Shown here in pieces: positions 44,402 to 45,461 of a stretch of 45,461 nucleotides of DNA (positions within the stretch are counted from its first letter, which is position 1; each line of letters opens with the position of its first letter). Where the stretch lies: positions 1 through 45,461 of the IMG/VR virus record IMGVR_UViG_3300002307_000084; one strand, written 5' to 3'. The notes beneath the pieces were generated by a model that saw only the letters and a program-made list of their open reading frames with translations, did not search any database and was not told where the DNA came from. The translations under genes and the position numbers were made by a program. This DNA comes from a virus. Taxonomy: Duplodnaviria > Caudoviricetes.

Positions 44402-45104
44402 GCTTCCCCCGTTCTTCCAGGTACGCCCCCGGAACGCCCTGCTTGCCGGTGCCGCCGCAGGCAGCACAATACGGCTCCCCGCTCTGCTGCTTTTCGTGTC
44501 CGGTACCGCCGCAGGCAGCGCAATTCGCCTCCAGAGCCTCGCGTATCTTCTCCAGCATCGGAGTGCGCGGGCCGACCGCAGCCGTAAGGCCTTTCACCTC
44601 CGCTTCCACCACCGCTTCTTCGTTATCGCTCAACACATCCAGCGCCCAATTCCACGCGACAACTGTCATAGTAACCGTCATGCTGCACAGGTCATCCGGC
44701 ACCATCTCCGCGTCCGTGATCGTCACCGGCTGCACTCCGCCGTTACCCTTCAGCATCAGCGTGCCGGTCTGGCCCTCGAGTTTCTTCAGCCCCGCCGCGT
44801 CCATTACGGACGCCACACACGCCTTGATGCGACGCCCGCGATCTTCCCACGCCTTCGACCGCTGCGATTGCGCCTGGGCCTCCGCTTTCGCGGCGCCGGC
44901 CATCATGTCGCAGTGCTTCAGGTAGCCGCGGATGCCGTCCACCTTGCGGACCTCGCGGCCAATCCATTCCTGAATCTTCAGGTCCACTGCCGCGATCTGG
45001 GCATGGCGATCCGGGTCTCCGGCGGCCGCCAGTTCTTCGCGCTGGTCGATAAGCGCCTCAATCTCGGCCTCAATCGCCCACAGGGAAAGTTTCTGGTCGC
45101 TCAT
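44385..45104 (-). CDS. Siphovirus Gp157-like protein with inserted CxxCGGTG Zn finger
   Basis: LWAI..EI..L, KVDGI..YLK, AKAE, VPGAYL; two CAACGGTG motifs. Confidence 0.75.
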   Translation of the reverse strand: MSDQKLSLWAIEAEIEALIDQREELAAAGDPDRHAQIAAVDLKIQEWIGREVRKVDGIRGYLKHCDMMAGAAKAEAQAQSQRSKAWEDRGRRIKACVASVMDAAGLKKLEGQTGTLMLKGNGGVQPVTITDAEMVPDDLCSMTVTMTVVAWNWALDVLSDNEEAVVEAEVKGLTAAVGPRTPMLEKIREALEANCAACGGTGHEKQQSGEPYCAACGGTGKQGVPGAYLEERGKHVEIK

Positions 45105-45343
45105 TCGCCGCCGTTCCTTTCGATTGCATCAATAATCGCCAACCGCGCCGTCGAGCCGATTCCCCTTATCGCCGGATTCATCGCGCCCGGCGTCACGTTC
45201 CAGTTGCCGTCCTCGTCGTCGTCGTCGTCCTCGCGGTCTGCCAGCGGAACATACAAACCAAACACTTCGATGGTGCAGCGGTTGAGTTCCACCCAGTTCA
45301 GAAGTTCGGTATCAGTCGGCGAGTTGCTGTTGCTGTGGGCCAT
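45101..45343 (-). CDS. Hypothetical protein
   Basis: AAGGAGG SD; DTELLNW...TARLAIIDAI. Confidence 0.6.
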   Translation of the reverse strand: MAHSNSNSPTDTELLNWVELNRCTIEVFGLYVPLADREDDDDDEDGNWNVTPGAMNPAIRGIGSTARLAIIDAIERNGGE

Positions 45344-45461
45344 CGGCATCCTCCTTCTGCGCTTCCTTGCGCGCCGCCGACCTCTTCGACCGGCGATGAA
45401 TGAATTCCGCAATCTCCAGCGCCGTTTTTTGCTGGTCGAAATCCCAATCGTCGAACGTATC
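45312..45461 (-). CDS. C-terminal part (DTFDDWDFDQQKTALEIAEF...QQLAD) of the protein that starts at 38
   Basis: Open frame from the window edge to TGA at 45314..45312. Confidence 0.6.
   Translation of the reverse strand, partial: DTFDDWDFDQQKTALEIAEFIHRRSKRSAARKEAQKEDADGPQQQQLAD

Larger units (their letters stand above)
1..45461 (-). mobile_element. Tailed dsDNA phage (siphovirus-like), apparently a complete circularly permuted genome
   Basis: Full set of terminase, portal, protease, capsid, neck, tail tube, chaperone, tape measure, tail tip and replication genes, nearly all co-oriented with ATGA/GTGA overlaps; an ORF appears to continue across the window ends. Confidence 0.93.

Noticed and set aside
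45350-45412. Arg-rich N-terminal extension of ORF 45101..45412
   Set aside because: A strong SD lies just before the internal ATGs, and the extension overlaps a more protein-like frame of the junction-spanning gene
1-45461. tRNA/rRNA genes, integrase and att sites
   Set aside because: None recognised by eye and intergenic gaps are short; tRNAscan-SE and HMM searches would be needed to exclude them formally

Overview
The window looks like an essentially complete, circularly permuted ~45.5-kb tailed (siphovirus-type) phage genome: an ORF runs across the two ends, with one base apparently missing. It is GC-rich and almost all genes are on the minus strand. The host is probably an Acidobacterium (inferred from the GQDLVEY pilin, A-x-A-Q signal peptides and a multi-TM protein). 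Order in transcription direction: early/recombination genes (Gp157-like, DUF3268, DUF1064, SNF2 helicase, HTH proteins); a ParB-N / ABC-ATPase-GNAT / formyltransferase trio; TerS and TerL; a ~7.5-kb glycosylation island (5 GT2, 3 SAM-methyltransferase domains, RmlD-like reductase, sugar cupin); portal; M15 peptidase; mini-MuF; an Flp-type pilin plus small membrane genes; protease/scaffold; cement protein; major capsid; a cassette with six signal-peptide-bearing proteins, several virion-fibre-like; neck and tail genes with a -1 frameshifted chaperone; tape measure; one fused tail-tip protein; a replication initiator with iterons; a PAPS-reductase-like gene; a tandem RHH regulator; small early genes; a DGQHR/ParB-like gene. 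No integrase or CI-type repressor was recognised. A 12-bp palindrome GCGCACGTGCGC (two copies with one mismatch) sits at seven predicted promoters, including those of the pilin and the glycosylation island, and a parS-like site lies in the head region. All products are motif-based calls made by eye, without database searches.
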